A stretch of DNA of 64,000 nt from Candidatus Niyogibacteria bacterium (GCA_016181935.1 JACOYI010000003.1:35741-99740), one strand, 5' to 3'; shown: positions 9,516 to 20,398, counted from the first letter of the stretch. Program-made: numbers and translations. Notes: a model not told the origin generated them from the sequence alone.

Positions 9516-10517
9516 ATGACAGATACCGCGATACGAAATGAACAACCGGCAGGCAGCGTTTTTTGGGTGGAAACCGATAAGATCCGGCCCAATCCGATGC
9601 AGCCGCGCCGCGAATTCGATGAGCCGAAACTCAAGGAACTCGCGGAGTCCATCCAGCAATACGGCATTTTGCAGCCGATGGTGGTGGTGCGCGTGGAGCG
9701 CGATACGGATACCGGCCGCGCCGTGGATTACGAACTGATCGCGGGCGAGCGCCGGCTTCGCGCCGCCAAGATCGCCGGTCTCGCGCACGTGCCGGTTCTT
9801 ATCCGCGACGAACCTGCCGATAAAGTGAAATTGGAATTGGCGCTCATTGAAAATGTCCAGCGCGAGGATCTGAATGCGATCGAGCGCGCGCGCGCATTCA
9901 AGCAACTGATGGACGAATTCAATTTGAAGCAGAAAGAAGTCGGCGCGCGCGTCGGTAAAAGCCGCGAATATGTTGCGAACACGATGCGTTTGCTTTCTTT
10001 GCCTGACTTTATCCAAAAAGCCGTCGTGGACGGCCGGCTAAGCGAGGGCCACACGCGCCCGCTCCTGATGCTTGCGGACCGGCCTCAAGAGCAGGAAGCG
10101 CTTTTCAATGATGTTTATTTTAAGCGCCTGACCGTGCGCGATGCCGAGCGCGCGGCGCGACGGATCGCCGTGGAGCGCGCCCGCCGCAGAGACGATATTC
10201 CGGATGCCGAAACGCGTTCGTTCGAGGAGCGGTTGCGCGAGGTGTTGGGAACGCGCGTGTACATCGAGCGAAAAGGCATCGGCGGCAAAATTTCCATTGA
10301 GTTTTTTTCGGAGGATGAATTGCGGAATTTGATCGCGCATGTCGCGTCGGCCAACGCAGAGGCCGCCCATCATCATGCCGAGGCCTTGGACCCGACGCCG
10401 GCGGCCGTCGAGCACACGGCGCCGGAAGAATGGAGCCGTGAATCGGATCCCGCGAATCCTGACGTCTCCGCGACCGCACACGCGCGCGAGGACGATATAA
10501 AAGGGTTTACGGTTTAG
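9516..10517 (+). CDS. parB: chromosome partitioning protein ParB/Spo0J with acidic low-complexity C-terminal tail
   Basis: IRPNPMQPRREFDE...LAESIQQYGILQPMVV...YELIAGERRLRAAKIAGL matches ParB box motifs. The ORF-track start lies inside the opposite-strand tRNA, so the start was moved to 9516. Confidence 0.85.
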   Translation: MTDTAIRNEQPAGSVFWVETDKIRPNPMQPRREFDEPKLKELAESIQQYGILQPMVVVRVERDTDTGRAVDYELIAGERRLRAAKIAGLAHVPVLIRDEPADKVKLELALIENVQREDLNAIERARAFKQLMDEFNLKQKEVGARVGKSREYVANTMRLLSLPDFIQKAVVDGRLSEGHTRPLLMLADRPQEQEALFNDVYFKRLTVRDAERAARRIAVERARRRDDIPDAETRSFEERLREVLGTRVYIERKGIGGKISIEFFSEDELRNLIAHVASANAEAAHHHAEALDPTPAAVEHTAPEEWSRESDPANPDVSATAHAREDDIKGFTV

Positions 10518-12267
10518 CGGGCTTTGCGTGCTCGGCGATCGAGTGTACGCCCCGGATCTTTTTGATCTGGGTTTTTATCTTTCCAAGTTGTCCGGGGTTT
10601 TTGTGCCGGAAACGAACGAGGATGACGGGGTACGCGCTCGCACGCCGTTCAACGGACGCCGTTTCGATGTTGATGCGAAAGCGCGCAAAAGCGCCCGAAA
10701 TGTCCTTTAAAAGTCCTACGCGGTCATTCACGGCGATCTCCAATTCGGTTTCGGTCGGTTTTGTTTCCGGCGGCGCCGCGCCTCGGAGAACATGGCGGAT
10801 CTGGGAGCGGGCGAGCGACGTTTTGACGAATGCAAGCCATTCCGAGCTCGGCCGCCGGTTTTTTTGCGTGATGATCTCGATCATGTCGCCCGACGAAAGG
10901 GGATGGTCGAGAGGGACCATTTTTGAATTCACTTTAACGCCCGCCGCGCGATTCCCGATATCGGAATGAATGTGGTAGGCGAAATCCACGGGCGTCGCAT
11001 TTTCGGGGAGATCCACGACGTCGCCTTTCGGCGTCAGGACGAAGATCCGGTCTTTGAAAAAATCGATCTTCAACGATTCCAAATAGTCATCCGAACGCTC
11101 GGCGTGGCCGAATTCTTTTTGCCATGTGCGAAGCTGGCGGACCCACGCGAATTTTTTCCCCACGAGGCGCGTCCCCTCTTTTGGTTTTCCGGTTTGGGTC
11201 CAAAGCCAGTGCGCGGTGATGCCGTATTCATTTTCACGGTGCATCGCTTCCGTTCGGATCTGGAATTCGGTCGCATTTCCATCGAGGCAGAACACGGTCG
11301 TATGCAAACTCTGATAGCCGTTGGGTTTCGGAAGCGCGATGTAATCCTTGATGCGGCCGGGCATGGGCGGCCACAGGGCATGGATGACGCCGAGCGCCGC
11401 ATAACAATCCTCGATCGTCGGCACAACGACGCGCAACGCCACCAGATCCAGAAGATGGTCCCAATTCATGTCATACCGCAGCAATTTTTTCCATGCGCTA
11501 TAAAAATGTTTTGCGCGCGCCGAAACGAAGAGCGCCGGAATGTTTTCGTCCGCAAGCGCTTTCTCGAGGATCGGTCTTATTTTTTTCAGATGCTCCTCGC
11601 GCGCCGGGATCCGCTTGCGGATCTCGCGCGCCATCCATCGGTGTTCGTCCGGAAAGACATAGGCGAACGCGAGATCCTCAAGCTCGCCCTTCAGTTCCCC
11701 CATGCCGAGGCGATCGGCAATGGATGCGTAAATATCAAGAGTTTCTTTTGCGATGCGAAGGCGCTTTTCTGGCGCGGGATGCGCCCAAAGCGTCTGCATA
11801 TTGTGAAGGCGGTCCACCAGTTTCAGGATGATCACGCGAACGTCTTCGGCGACCGCAAAAAGCATGCGCCGCATGCTTTCCGCGGCGCGCTCCGCTCCAT
11901 GGTAATGGATCTTGTCCACTTTTGTGACGCCGTCGACGAGAAACGCGATCTCATCGCCGAACCGTTTTTTGACGTCGGAGAGCGCCCCGCCGTCTTCAAC
12001 GGTGTCGTGCAAAAGGGCCGCCGCGATCGTCGGCGCGTCTAGTTTGTATGCTGTGGCGCTCTGCGATACCGCGATCGGATGCGTGAAATACGGGTCGCCC
12101 GAAAACCGTTTTTGTTCGCGGTGAATATCTGCCGCGTAATCGAATGCTCTACGGATCAGCGAAAGTTCGGCGCCGGTATAGCGGTTTCCGGAAATGCGAA
12201 CGAGTTCACGATGATAGGCGTCCCAATCCAGGAGTGTTTGAGGTGCGAGATTCGTGAGATCATTCAT
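10507..12267 (-). CDS. relA: bifunctional (p)ppGpp synthetase/hydrolase RelA/SpoT
   Basis: HD domain (HDTVEDG), synthetase motif GRIKDYIALPKPNGYQSLHTTV, and TGS and ACT-like C-terminus. The start MNDLTN overlaps the topA stop (ATGAATGA). Confidence 0.9.
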   Translation of the reverse strand: MNDLTNLAPQTLLDWDAYHRELVRISGNRYTGAELSLIRRAFDYAADIHREQKRFSGDPYFTHPIAVSQSATAYKLDAPTIAAALLHDTVEDGGALSDVKKRFGDEIAFLVDGVTKVDKIHYHGAERAAESMRRMLFAVAEDVRVIILKLVDRLHNMQTLWAHPAPEKRLRIAKETLDIYASIADRLGMGELKGELEDLAFAYVFPDEHRWMAREIRKRIPAREEHLKKIRPILEKALADENIPALFVSARAKHFYSAWKKLLRYDMNWDHLLDLVALRVVVPTIEDCYAALGVIHALWPPMPGRIKDYIALPKPNGYQSLHTTVFCLDGNATEFQIRTEAMHRENEYGITAHWLWTQTGKPKEGTRLVGKKFAWVRQLRTWQKEFGHAERSDDYLESLKIDFFKDRIFVLTPKGDVVDLPENATPVDFAYHIHSDIGNRAAGVKVNSKMVPLDHPLSSGDMIEIITQKNRRPSSEWLAFVKTSLARSQIRHVLRGAAPPETKPTETELEIAVNDRVGLLKDISGAFARFRINIETASVERRASAYPVILVRFRHKNPGQLGKIKTQIKKIRGVHSIAEHAKPAKP

Positions 12268-14359
12268 TCTTTTTTGATTTTCCCTTTTTCCCTCTGAATG
12301 AACAGGATTTGTTCGAACATTTCTCGCCGGTGGGGGTTTCGATGAGCGGTGAGGCGCATTCGATGCAGAGTTTGCCGGTCGGTTTGCGCCATGTTGCGAA
12401 TTTGCATTGAGGCCAGCGCGAACAGCCGTAAAAAAGACGCTTTGTTTTTGTGTGGCGCTCGACGATCGTGCCTTCGTTGCAGAGTGGGCAGGGAATATTG
12501 AGAGAGACCGGCGGCAGGGCCTCCGTGTATTTGCATTCCGGAAAACCCGAACATGCAATGAAGCGTCCGAACCGGCCGTGGCGGACGATCAAGGACTTGC
12601 CGCATGTGGGGCATGCGCGGTCCAAGGGCTCCGTGAGGTCCTCTTTGGCGACGGTCTCATATTTTTCCTTGAGATTTTTCGCGAAGGGCTCATAAAATTC
12701 CTGAAGTATGGGGCGCCACTCTTTCTTCCCCGATGCGATCGAGTCAAGTTTTTCCTCCATGGCACGCGTGAAATCCACATCGATGACATCAGCAAAATGC
12801 TCGACCAGAAGGGCGATCACTTTTTCGCCGATCTCGGTCGGCGCAAATCGCTTATCGTCGTCGCGCGTGACATAACCGCGTTCTTCCAGCGTCGAGATCG
12901 TCGGCGCATAGGTGGACGGGCGGCCGATGCCCGATTCCTCGAGCACTTTAACGAGCGACGCATCGCTGTAGCGCGCGGGGCCTTTGGTTTGGCGTTCCTT
13001 GGATTCGACGCCGGAGAGCGCGAGCGTCTCTCCGTCGGAGAGCTCGGGAAGAATGACATCCGTTGTTTTGTAGGGGTAGATCTTCAAAAAACCGTCGAAT
13101 CGGATGAGGGAACCCGTTCCTTTGAGTCCATAGGATTTCGCTCCCCGCGCATGGATCGCAATGCGGGTTTCGTCGAACAGCGCTTCCGGCATTTGGGATG
13201 CCATAAAACGGCGCCAGATCAATTCGTACAGGCGCGCTTGCGCCGAATCCTTGAATTTCGAATTCAGCGCATCGGGGGTTCCTGCAGGATTTGTCGGCCG
13301 GATCGCTTCATGGGCTTCCTGGGCGAGTTTGGAGGCGGTCTTGAATCGGCGTCCGCCGGGGATGGCATAATCGGGACCGAACGTTGTTTTCAGATATTCG
13401 GACGCGGCAAGGAGAGCTTCGGGCGCGATCGCGAATGAATCCGTGCGCATGTAGGTGATAAAGCCCGTTTCATAGAGTTGCTGGGCGATGGTCATTGTTT
13501 TTTTGGCGGAAAATCCCAAACGGCCGAACGCATCCTGCTGAAGCGTGGATGTCGTGAATGGTGGATTCGGGGAACGCTTGCGTTTTCGTTTTTCGAGCGA
13601 CGCAATGGAAAAGGCCGCTTTTTTCAAATCGTCGGTTACGGCAACAGCTTCCGTTTTATCGAGCATGCCGGGTTTTTCGATGGCTTTTTCGTCGATGCTC
13701 TCGAGGGTGGCGCCGAAGGGGATGCACTCCGCCGTTTGGCTTGTACAATTTTGTTTTTGGAGCATTGCCTCGATGGTCCAAAATGTTTGCGGCCGGAAGG
13801 CGCGGATCTCATTTTCACGTTCAACGATCAGGCGGAGCGCCACCGATTGAACGCGGCCGGCGGAAAGTCCGCTCATGACCTTCCGCCAAAGAAACGGAGA
13901 AAGTTTGTATCCCACCAGACGGTCGAGGATCCGGCGCGCCTGTTGGGCGTCCACCAAATGCTGATCAACGCCGCGCGGATGCTCGATGGCGTCGAGGATC
14001 GCTTTTTTCGTGATCTCGTGAAAAACAATGCGGTCCATCGGTTTCGGTCCGCCTTTTTTCCCGTCGAGCTCCAATGCTTGCTGGATGTGCCACGCGATCG
14101 CTTCGCCTTCGCGGTCCTCGTCGGTCGCGAGAATGACATGGGTGGCCTCCGCCGCTTCTTCTTTCAGTTTTTTGACCACCGGCCGGGCTTTGCGGGAAAT
14201 GACGTAATGCGGTTCGAAATTATTTTCGACGTCCACCCCCAATTCATAACTCGGCAGGTCGCGGATATGGCCGTAGCTTGAATCAACCTTAAAACCCCGA
14301 GGCAAGAATCGGGAAATGGTGCGGGCTTTCGTGGGCGATTCGACAATGACAAGCTGCAT
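12260..14359 (-). CDS. topA: DNA topoisomerase I
   Basis: MQLVIVESPTKARTI Toprim N-terminus, Tyr-recombinase-like core, and C-terminal CxxC zinc ribbons. Confidence 0.95.
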   Translation of the reverse strand: MQLVIVESPTKARTISRFLPRGFKVDSSYGHIRDLPSYELGVDVENNFEPHYVISRKARPVVKKLKEEAAEATHVILATDEDREGEAIAWHIQQALELDGKKGGPKPMDRIVFHEITKKAILDAIEHPRGVDQHLVDAQQARRILDRLVGYKLSPFLWRKVMSGLSAGRVQSVALRLIVERENEIRAFRPQTFWTIEAMLQKQNCTSQTAECIPFGATLESIDEKAIEKPGMLDKTEAVAVTDDLKKAAFSIASLEKRKRKRSPNPPFTTSTLQQDAFGRLGFSAKKTMTIAQQLYETGFITYMRTDSFAIAPEALLAASEYLKTTFGPDYAIPGGRRFKTASKLAQEAHEAIRPTNPAGTPDALNSKFKDSAQARLYELIWRRFMASQMPEALFDETRIAIHARGAKSYGLKGTGSLIRFDGFLKIYPYKTTDVILPELSDGETLALSGVESKERQTKGPARYSDASLVKVLEESGIGRPSTYAPTISTLEERGYVTRDDDKRFAPTEIGEKVIALLVEHFADVIDVDFTRAMEEKLDSIASGKKEWRPILQEFYEPFAKNLKEKYETVAKEDLTEPLDRACPTCGKSLIVRHGRFGRFIACSGFPECKYTEALPPVSLNIPCPLCNEGTIVERHTKTKRLFYGCSRWPQCKFATWRKPTGKLCIECASPLIETPTGEKCSNKSCSFRGKKGKSKKNE

Positions 14360-14553
14360 AATGGAAGGAGCGTTTTTAATTTTTTGAAATGTTGCGGAAA
14401 CGCTTTGAAAATGAAGAAGTATTGCGAGCGAAAATAGCGGTCGGAAAATCCTGACTGGAGCGAAGCGGAAGGAAGGAGGAACGGGAACCGCGTGAAGTTT
14501 TCGCGAGCAAGACGACTATCATTTTCAAGCGCTGGAGCATGTATTGAAAAAAA

Positions 14554-15450
14554 TTAAAAGCGCCCCTTCTTAAAGCCGGTTTTATGGAATAATCCGCCGC
14601 GGTTTTCGATCTTTCCCGCGAGTTCCAACCGCGTGAGCCGTCCCAGTAATTCCGAAATGGATGTCCGGACGGCGTCCGCAAGCATTTCGGCATTCTGCGG
14701 CGTTTCCAAACAACGGAGCAGATTGTTATCATTTTCGTCCATGATGTCAAGTGCGGGGCGGATTTTAACCTCCAATCCCAAGAGTTCATAGACATCATCG
14801 AGCGTCCGGATGAGCGCCGCCCCTTCTTTCAATAGTTGATTCGTTCCCTTTGAATTGATCGAGGTGATCTCGCCGGGGACCGCCCCTACGTCGCGGTTAA
14901 AATCCAGAGCGAAACGCGCGGTGATCAACGCCCCGCTTTTTTCCGGCGCCTCTATGACAATGGTCGCTTCGGCGAGGCCCGCGATGATGCGGTTTCGCTG
15001 GGGGAAGGTCCACGTCTCGGCTGGCATATCGGGTTCGAACTCGGAAACGATGGCGCCTCCGGTCTCCAAAATTTGTTCCGCTAAACGGCGGTTGGTCATC
15101 GGGACAATGTGATTCAACCCGGAACCGAGCACGGCGATGGTCGGCGATTTTCCTGCGAGCGCCCCCGTATGCGCCTCTGCGTCAATGCCGAGCGCCAAAC
15201 CGCTTACGACCGCAATGCCGGCATTGGATGCGTCGCGCGCAAGGTCGCGCGCGGTTTCGAGTCCGTAGCGCGTGGCTCTCCGTGTTCCGACGATCGCAAC
15301 GGAGGGCGCATGCGCGAGCACTTCCGCATTTCCGAGACAATACAAAATTTCGGGCGGTTCGGGAATGTGCCGTAAGCCGTCCGGAAAGCGTTCATCGGTT
15401 CGGGCGAGTTTTTGGATAGAGAATCGCACGTCCTTACTATTATATATCAA
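14554..15450 (-). CDS. dprA: DNA processing protein A (Smf family)
   Basis: HAPSVAIVGTRRATRYG Rossmann motif. The dprA-topA adjacency is conserved in many bacteria. Confidence 0.85.
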   Translation of the reverse strand: MIYNSKDVRFSIQKLARTDERFPDGLRHIPEPPEILYCLGNAEVLAHAPSVAIVGTRRATRYGLETARDLARDASNAGIAVVSGLALGIDAEAHTGALAGKSPTIAVLGSGLNHIVPMTNRRLAEQILETGGAIVSEFEPDMPAETWTFPQRNRIIAGLAEATIVIEAPEKSGALITARFALDFNRDVGAVPGEITSINSKGTNQLLKEGAALIRTLDDVYELLGLEVKIRPALDIMDENDNNLLRCLETPQNAEMLADAVRTSISELLGRLTRLELAGKIENRGGLFHKTGFKKGRF

Positions 15451-15484
15451 ACCAAGGAGTTAAGGGTTACCCTTTGGTTGCGTG

Positions 15485-15512
15485 TTGACAGACATGAAGG
15501 TGGATGTATAGT
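15485..15512 (+). promoter_or_regulatory. sigma70-like promoter TTGACA-N16-TATAGT
   Basis: Consensus -35 with a 16-nt spacer and TATAGT -10, about 30 nt upstream of the GGAGG RBS and ATG at 15543. Confidence 0.6.
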
Positions 15513-15542
15513 AGGGGCGGATTTTACAACTTGGAGGTTCGT

Positions 15543-16694
15543 ATGAACGATCCGCTCTATCGACTTCTCGGCGCCTATCACGAGCGTCTTTTTGACTACG
15601 AGCGTGGGCTCGATTTTCCGGGCGAGATTCATCTGTTCCGGCATCCCGGGATACCGGCAGATGTTCTTTTCGCATGCGTGAAAACAGCGTTCGCGAGTTC
15701 CACCGGCGGGACGCACTGCGACGAATTGCGGCCGTTGAATCCTCATGGCTGGGCAAGTTTTGACGAGGCGATGGAAAAAGTCGCGCATAAAGCGCTCGCC
15801 ATGCGCCAAAAAAATCTCATTCATGGATTGCCCTATGGCGGCTCGAAGGGCGTGATTGTCGGACGCGGACCGATCGCGGCGGGCAAGAATCGTCTTCGTG
15901 TTTTTCTAGAAATATGGCCGCATGCCATCAATTTTTTCAACGGCAAATTGTATACCGGCGCTGATGTCGGCGTCGGAGAGCCGGAGGCGCTTCTGGCGCG
16001 CGGGCGTACGCCGTGGGTGTTCGGTCTTCCGAAAAATTTCGGCGGCTCCGGCGATCCCTCGGAAAACACGGCGTATGGATTGGTCGGCGTGATCGATGCG
16101 TATCGCGACCTGTTCCATCTGTTCCATGCGGGCGGCAAACTTACCGTTGCCATCAAAGGCGTTGGCAAAGTCGGTAAAGAAGTTTTGCGGCTGCTCCACG
16201 AGCGCGGTGATCGGATCTTTTTTGCGGATGTGTTGCCGGATGCGATAGAAAAAATCCAGAGAGAATTTTCCGGCGTTACGCCATGCGTTCCGCACGCGAT
16301 CCACAAACTTCCGCGGGGCGTGGACGTTTTCGTTCCGTGCGACAAGGACGTGGCCGTAACATCGGAAACTGTGGATGAATTTGCGTGCAAAGCCATCATC
16401 GGCGCGGCCAACGACCAATGCCGCGATCCGGCGCTCGAAGAGCGCCTGCACGAACGCGGTATTCTGCACATGACGGATTTTTTGGTGAATGGCGGCGGCG
16501 TCATCACCATCACATCAGAACTCGGTTCATCGGGATACGACGAGGCCGCGGTGAAAGCAAAGATCGATGAAAGCGTCATCGAGCAATCGCGCGCGGTAAT
16601 GCAGGAATCGCTTGAAACCGGCCTCGCACCCTACAAAATTTGCGCGCGGCTCGTTCAAGAAGAAGCCGAACGCACCGGTAATGTCCTTTCGTGA
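15543..16694 (+). CDS. Glu/Leu/Phe/Val-family amino acid dehydrogenase
   Basis: GGSKGVIVG is a GGxKGG-like catalytic lysine motif. GVGKVGKEV is a Rossmann GxGxxG. IGAANDQ is also present. GGAGG RBS. Confidence 0.75.
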   Translation: MNDPLYRLLGAYHERLFDYERGLDFPGEIHLFRHPGIPADVLFACVKTAFASSTGGTHCDELRPLNPHGWASFDEAMEKVAHKALAMRQKNLIHGLPYGGSKGVIVGRGPIAAGKNRLRVFLEIWPHAINFFNGKLYTGADVGVGEPEALLARGRTPWVFGLPKNFGGSGDPSENTAYGLVGVIDAYRDLFHLFHAGGKLTVAIKGVGKVGKEVLRLLHERGDRIFFADVLPDAIEKIQREFSGVTPCVPHAIHKLPRGVDVFVPCDKDVAVTSETVDEFACKAIIGAANDQCRDPALEERLHERGILHMTDFLVNGGGVITITSELGSSGYDEAAVKAKIDESVIEQSRAVMQESLETGLAPYKICARLVQEEAERTGNVLS

Positions 16695-16700
16695 AAAATA

Positions 16701-16733
16701 CCCCCCGCCTTGGCAGGGGGTTGACTTTTTTTC
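16701..16733 (+). terminator. terminator hairpin CCCCCGCC-TT-GGCAGGGGG plus T-run
   Basis: GC stem after the dehydrogenase stop, followed by TTGACTTTTTTT. Confidence 0.55.
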
Positions 16734-16748
16734 CAAAGGGTATATAAT
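16721..16748 (+). promoter_or_regulatory. consensus sigma70 promoter TTGACT-N16-TATAAT
   Basis: Near-perfect -35 and -10 boxes, about 160 nt upstream of the 16908 ORF. Confidence 0.6.
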
Positions 16749-16907
16749 CACCGTCAGTTAGGTCTTTAAGCTTTCTATCCGTTAACCCCCAAAAGGGAGA
16801 AAAAACAGCGTCGGGCGCAGGTTTCCCCCAAAGATCTTCCGGAAACGGAAGCGCATTTCCAACATGGCTCGCTGATCGTTGGGCGGGCTTTCACGAACAG
16901 GTGTGTC

Positions 16908-18479
16908 ATGGAAAACGGAGCAGACAATCTGCAGGTCGTTTCTCTCGATGATCTCGAGCAGACCATCGCGGGCATCGATGCGAAGAAGGAGGAGCAGAAG
17001 GCAGTGGACCAATACACCATGAGCCTCCTGCCCTTCTTCGAGAAGTTGCCGGTACTCGTCGACAAGCTCATCGCCGAACAGTATCGTTCCGGCGGTGGCG
17101 GCGGGCAGGACGAAGTCATCCGCAAGCAGATCCTCGAGCGGGGCGGTCTCGATCCGGTCGCGCAATTTCGCGCTCGGATGATCTACTTCGAGCGTCTGGC
17201 CTTCTACGCAAGGCAGCACGGCGGTGTTCCGAGTTTCGCCGCCGTGATGCGCGCGGTCAAGGAGTATCGGCTGATCAAGGAGGCCGGCAACAAGGCGCAG
17301 GGCGCGCGGAACGCGTACATCGTCGGCGAAACGAAGTATACGCTTTCGCTGGAGGTGTCTTCCGAGCTTCGTGAATTCGCGGAGCAGAAGTTTTTCCCGG
17401 CACTGCGCGCTCTCGAGCGCGTGTCATCCGAGAAAGCGCACATGCAACGCGAAACCGCCCGGCGTGATTTTCGCGCCGACGTCACCATCACGCCGCTTCA
17501 ATTTTTGGGCGGCACGTCCGGAGTGACCATTCTTCCCATCCCGCCTCGTCGGTTCAAAAAAACCGACCGCGAGACCAAGGAAGAAATCGAAATCACCCAG
17601 CCCGGTGGACAGGTGAAAATGGAGTCGAACGGCCGGACATTCTGGGTGCTCGACGCAACCGGCTCGAAGAGATTCATCGACGCAATGGAGCGAGGGCGGG
17701 ACTTGGATGCCAAGGTTCTCGTCAGGAGCATTTCTGAAGCTCCGCCGCTCAAAGTGAAGGAGTGGCGGGAGATCAACGAAGAGACGCTCCGGTCGATGAC
17801 GTTCGTTCACGCTGCGGTTCATGCCTGCTGGCAGAAGATGGGCCAGATGAAGAACGCCCGCGACCGCGCAACGATTCCCGAGTACGAATTTGTGCTCGGG
17901 CCCAAGAAGCCGGGTGTCTCGTTCTTCCGTCTTCCGATGTTCTATTGGAAGACGAGGATGAAGGGTGGCACCGAGATCCCCATTCCGTACTCTGATCTCT
18001 GGGGTCTTATCGAGCGCGACAAGGAAGGCATGCTCCAACTGTTGGAGTACGACTCTTTCGCGTTCGAGTTTCTGGCGGCCTGCATGGGCAAGGTGAAGCC
18101 CGGCGACAAGTACGCCGGCGTTCTCCAGCCGCTTCGGTCCGTTCTCCAGCGGTGGAACGTGGAGACCCGCGAATTGGCGGAGCAGGAAAAAGATCCCGAG
18201 TGGCAGAGGATCATCGCGCAGTGGAAAGAGGAGGCCGCAACCGCGGCCGCAGCTGCGACGCAAGAAGATCAAGCGCATCGGGACCATCTGGCGCGGCTCA
18301 AGGAGACCGATCCGGATGGCTACGAGCGAGCAATCGCAGCCGAACAGGCGCCCGGCGATGACACCGGTGATGACGATCCGGAAGGCGTGCAGCTCGGCGC
18401 CTCGGAATCCGAACCGCCCAGCGGCGAGTCGGACGGCGCGGAAAAGCCGAAGAAGGAGCGGAAGCCCCGCAAGAAGTAA
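16908..18479 (+). CDS. hypothetical protein (523 aa) with Gly-rich loop and acidic/lysine-rich C-terminal tail
   Basis: Long ORF with balanced amino-acid composition, whereas the antisense ORF is R/L/G junk. Codon usage (GAG, AAG, CTC, GAC) is markedly more GC3-biased than neighbouring genes. Confidence 0.6.
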   Translation: MENGADNLQVVSLDDLEQTIAGIDAKKEEQKAVDQYTMSLLPFFEKLPVLVDKLIAEQYRSGGGGGQDEVIRKQILERGGLDPVAQFRARMIYFERLAFYARQHGGVPSFAAVMRAVKEYRLIKEAGNKAQGARNAYIVGETKYTLSLEVSSELREFAEQKFFPALRALERVSSEKAHMQRETARRDFRADVTITPLQFLGGTSGVTILPIPPRRFKKTDRETKEEIEITQPGGQVKMESNGRTFWVLDATGSKRFIDAMERGRDLDAKVLVRSISEAPPLKVKEWREINEETLRSMTFVHAAVHACWQKMGQMKNARDRATIPEYEFVLGPKKPGVSFFRLPMFYWKTRMKGGTEIPIPYSDLWGLIERDKEGMLQLLEYDSFAFEFLAACMGKVKPGDKYAGVLQPLRSVLQRWNVETRELAEQEKDPEWQRIIAQWKEEAATAAAAATQEDQAHRDHLARLKETDPDGYERAIAAEQAPGDDTGDDDPEGVQLGASESEPPSGESDGAEKPKKERKPRKK

Positions 18480-18535
18480 GCAGTGGTTCTGTGAAGCCGG
18501 GAGTGGCATTGCCATTCCCGGCGTTTTATTTTAGA

Positions 18536-20398
18536 ATGAACTTAATGAAATTATTCTCTCGCAATATCGCCATTGCGATTTTGGTTTTGTTGCTGATCGC
18601 GACGCTCTATCCGGTCGTCACGGGTCAGCTGCAGCCGAAAGAGACATTCGCGCTTTCCGATGTCGTGTCCGAGATCCGCACCGGAAACGTGACGTCGATC
18701 ATGATTTCGGGCGACGATCTCGCGATCCGTCTGAAGGACGGGAGCGAGCGCGCATCGAAAAAAGAATCGGAAGCGGGGCTCACGGAAACCCTCAAAAATT
18801 ATGGCGTGACGGATGCGATGCTGGAATCGATCGCCATCACCGTGGAAGGGCCATCCGGATTTTTGTTCTGGGCAGGGGCGGTTCTGCCGTTTCTATTGCC
18901 GTTTGTGCTCGTGATCTTTTTCTTCTGGCTCATTTCGCGCCAAGTCAAACAAGCCAATGTCCAGGCATTCACGTTCGGGAAATCGCGCGCGCGCGTGATC
19001 TCTCCCGACAGCAAAAAAAACCGCATTACATTCGGCGATGTGGCGGGCGCGGACGAAGCAAAACAGGAACTTTCCGAGATCGTTGATTTTTTGAAAAGTC
19101 CCAAAAAATTCCATGCGATCGGCGCGCGCATCCCCAAGGGCGTATTGCTCATGGGCGCTCCAGGGACGGGGAAAACGCTTCTTGCGCGCGCGGTCGCAGG
19201 CGAGGCGGGCGTCCCCTTTTTCCATATGTCCGCATCCGAGTTCGTGGAAATGTTCGTGGGGGTGGGCGCATCGCGCGTGCGCGATCTTTTTAAAATGGCA
19301 AAGCGCTCGGCGCCCGCCATTATTTTCATTGACGAGATCGATGCGATCGGCCGCCATCGCGGCGCGGGATTGGGCGGCGGGCACGATGAACGCGAACAGA
19401 CGCTCAATCAAATTCTGGTGGAATTGGATGGATTCGAGCCGCATGAATCGGTGATCGTGATGGCGGCAACCAACCGCCCCGATGTGCTGGATCCCGCGCT
19501 TTTGCGCCCCGGCCGGTTTGACCGCCGCGTCGTCATTGATCTGCCGGACTTGAAAGCCCGCGAGGCGATCCTCGCGATCCACGGCCGCGGAAAACCGATG
19601 AGCGAAAAAGCGGACCTGCATGAAATCGCCCAGCGAACGCCCGGATTTTCGGGCGCCGACCTCCAGAATTTGATGAATGAAGGGGCGATCTTGGCCGCGC
19701 GAGAAAACCGCAAGCTGATCGAGCAGAATGACCTGCTTGTTTCGATCGAGAAAGTGATGCTCGGCCCCGAACGCAAAAGCCATATTTTGTCGCCTGAAGA
19801 AAAAAAGATATCCGCGTATCACGAGGCGGGACATGCATTGGTCGCCGCCACGCTTCCCGAAGCCGATCCGGTGCATAAGGTCTCGATTGTATCGCGCGGG
19901 CGCGCCGCAGGGTACACCCTTAAACTTCCGGTGGAGGACCGCCACTTGTATTCCAAAAAACATTTTTTGGCGGAACTGGCGGTTGCGCTTGGCGGATACG
20001 CGTCCGAAGAGGTGGTGTTCAATGAACTGACGACCGGCGCATCGAATGATTTAAAAACCGCGACCGCGATCGCGCGGGACTTGGTTACGCGCTACGGGAT
20101 GTCGGAAAAGATCGGCCCGGTATCGCTCGACGAGCCGCACGAAATGGTGTTTTTGGGCAGAGAGCTCGGCATGGAGCGGACATATTCGGAAAAAATGGCC
20201 GAGGCTGTGGATTCAGAAGTCGCGCGATTCATGAAAAACGCGTACCAGACCGCCCTTGATATTTTGAAAGAAAAGCGCGAAGCTCTGGAGGCCATCGCAA
20301 AACATCTGATCGAAAAAGAGACCATTGAGCGCGAAGAGTTCGCCAAACTCATGGGCTCGTTCGGGATTCAGGCGACGCGCGGGGCGTCTGCGGCGTAA
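18536..20398 (+). CDS. ftsH: ATP-dependent zinc metalloprotease FtsH
   Basis: Two N-terminal TM segments, Walker [14 protein letters not shown], second region of homology, and HEAGHA zinc motif. Confidence 0.9.
   Translation: MNLMKLFSRNIAIAILVLLLIATLYPVVTGQLQPKETFALSDVVSEIRTGNVTSIMISGDDLAIRLKDGSERASKKESEAGLTETLKNYGVTDAMLESIAITVEGPSGFLFWAGAVLPFLLPFVLVIFFFWLISRQVKQANVQAFTFGKSRARVISPDSKKNRITFGDVAGADEAKQELSEIVDFLKSPKKFHAIGARIPKGVLLMGAPGTGKTLLARAVAGEAGVPFFHMSASEFVEMFVGVGASRVRDLFKMAKRSAPAIIFIDEIDAIGRHRGAGLGGGHDEREQTLNQILVELDGFEPHESVIVMAATNRPDVLDPALLRPGRFDRRVVIDLPDLKAREAILAIHGRGKPMSEKADLHEIAQRTPGFSGADLQNLMNEGAILAARENRKLIEQNDLLVSIEKVMLGPERKSHILSPEEKKISAYHEAGHALVAATLPEADPVHKVSIVSRGRAAGYTLKLPVEDRHLYSKKHFLAELAVALGGYASEEVVFNELTTGASNDLKTATAIARDLVTRYGMSEKIGPVSLDEPHEMVFLGRELGMERTYSEKMAEAVDSEVARFMKNAYQTALDILKEKREALEAIAKHLIEKETIEREEFAKLMGSFGIQATRGASAA

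Noticed and set aside
10966-14281. Several 250 to 360-aa plus-strand ORFs antisense to relA and topA (10966..12042, 12407..13438, 13478..14281)
   Set aside because: Opposite to genes with unambiguous RelA/SpoT and TopA motifs, so they are GC-driven open frames.
17424-18515. 363-aa minus-strand ORF antisense to the 523-aa hypothetical gene
   Set aside because: Arg/Leu/Gly-rich junk translation. The plus-strand ORF has balanced composition and a promoter and terminator.
18893-19963. 356-aa minus-strand ORF inside ftsH, with similar antisense ORFs in yhbH (25072..25944), spoVR (27041..27817), GT2 (28363..29130), recG (29889..31421), the 891-aa gene (46372..47970), pilM (50600..51526) and ligA (61646..63412)
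   Set aside because: All are antisense to genes with strong family motifs. None has an RBS or recognisable domain.
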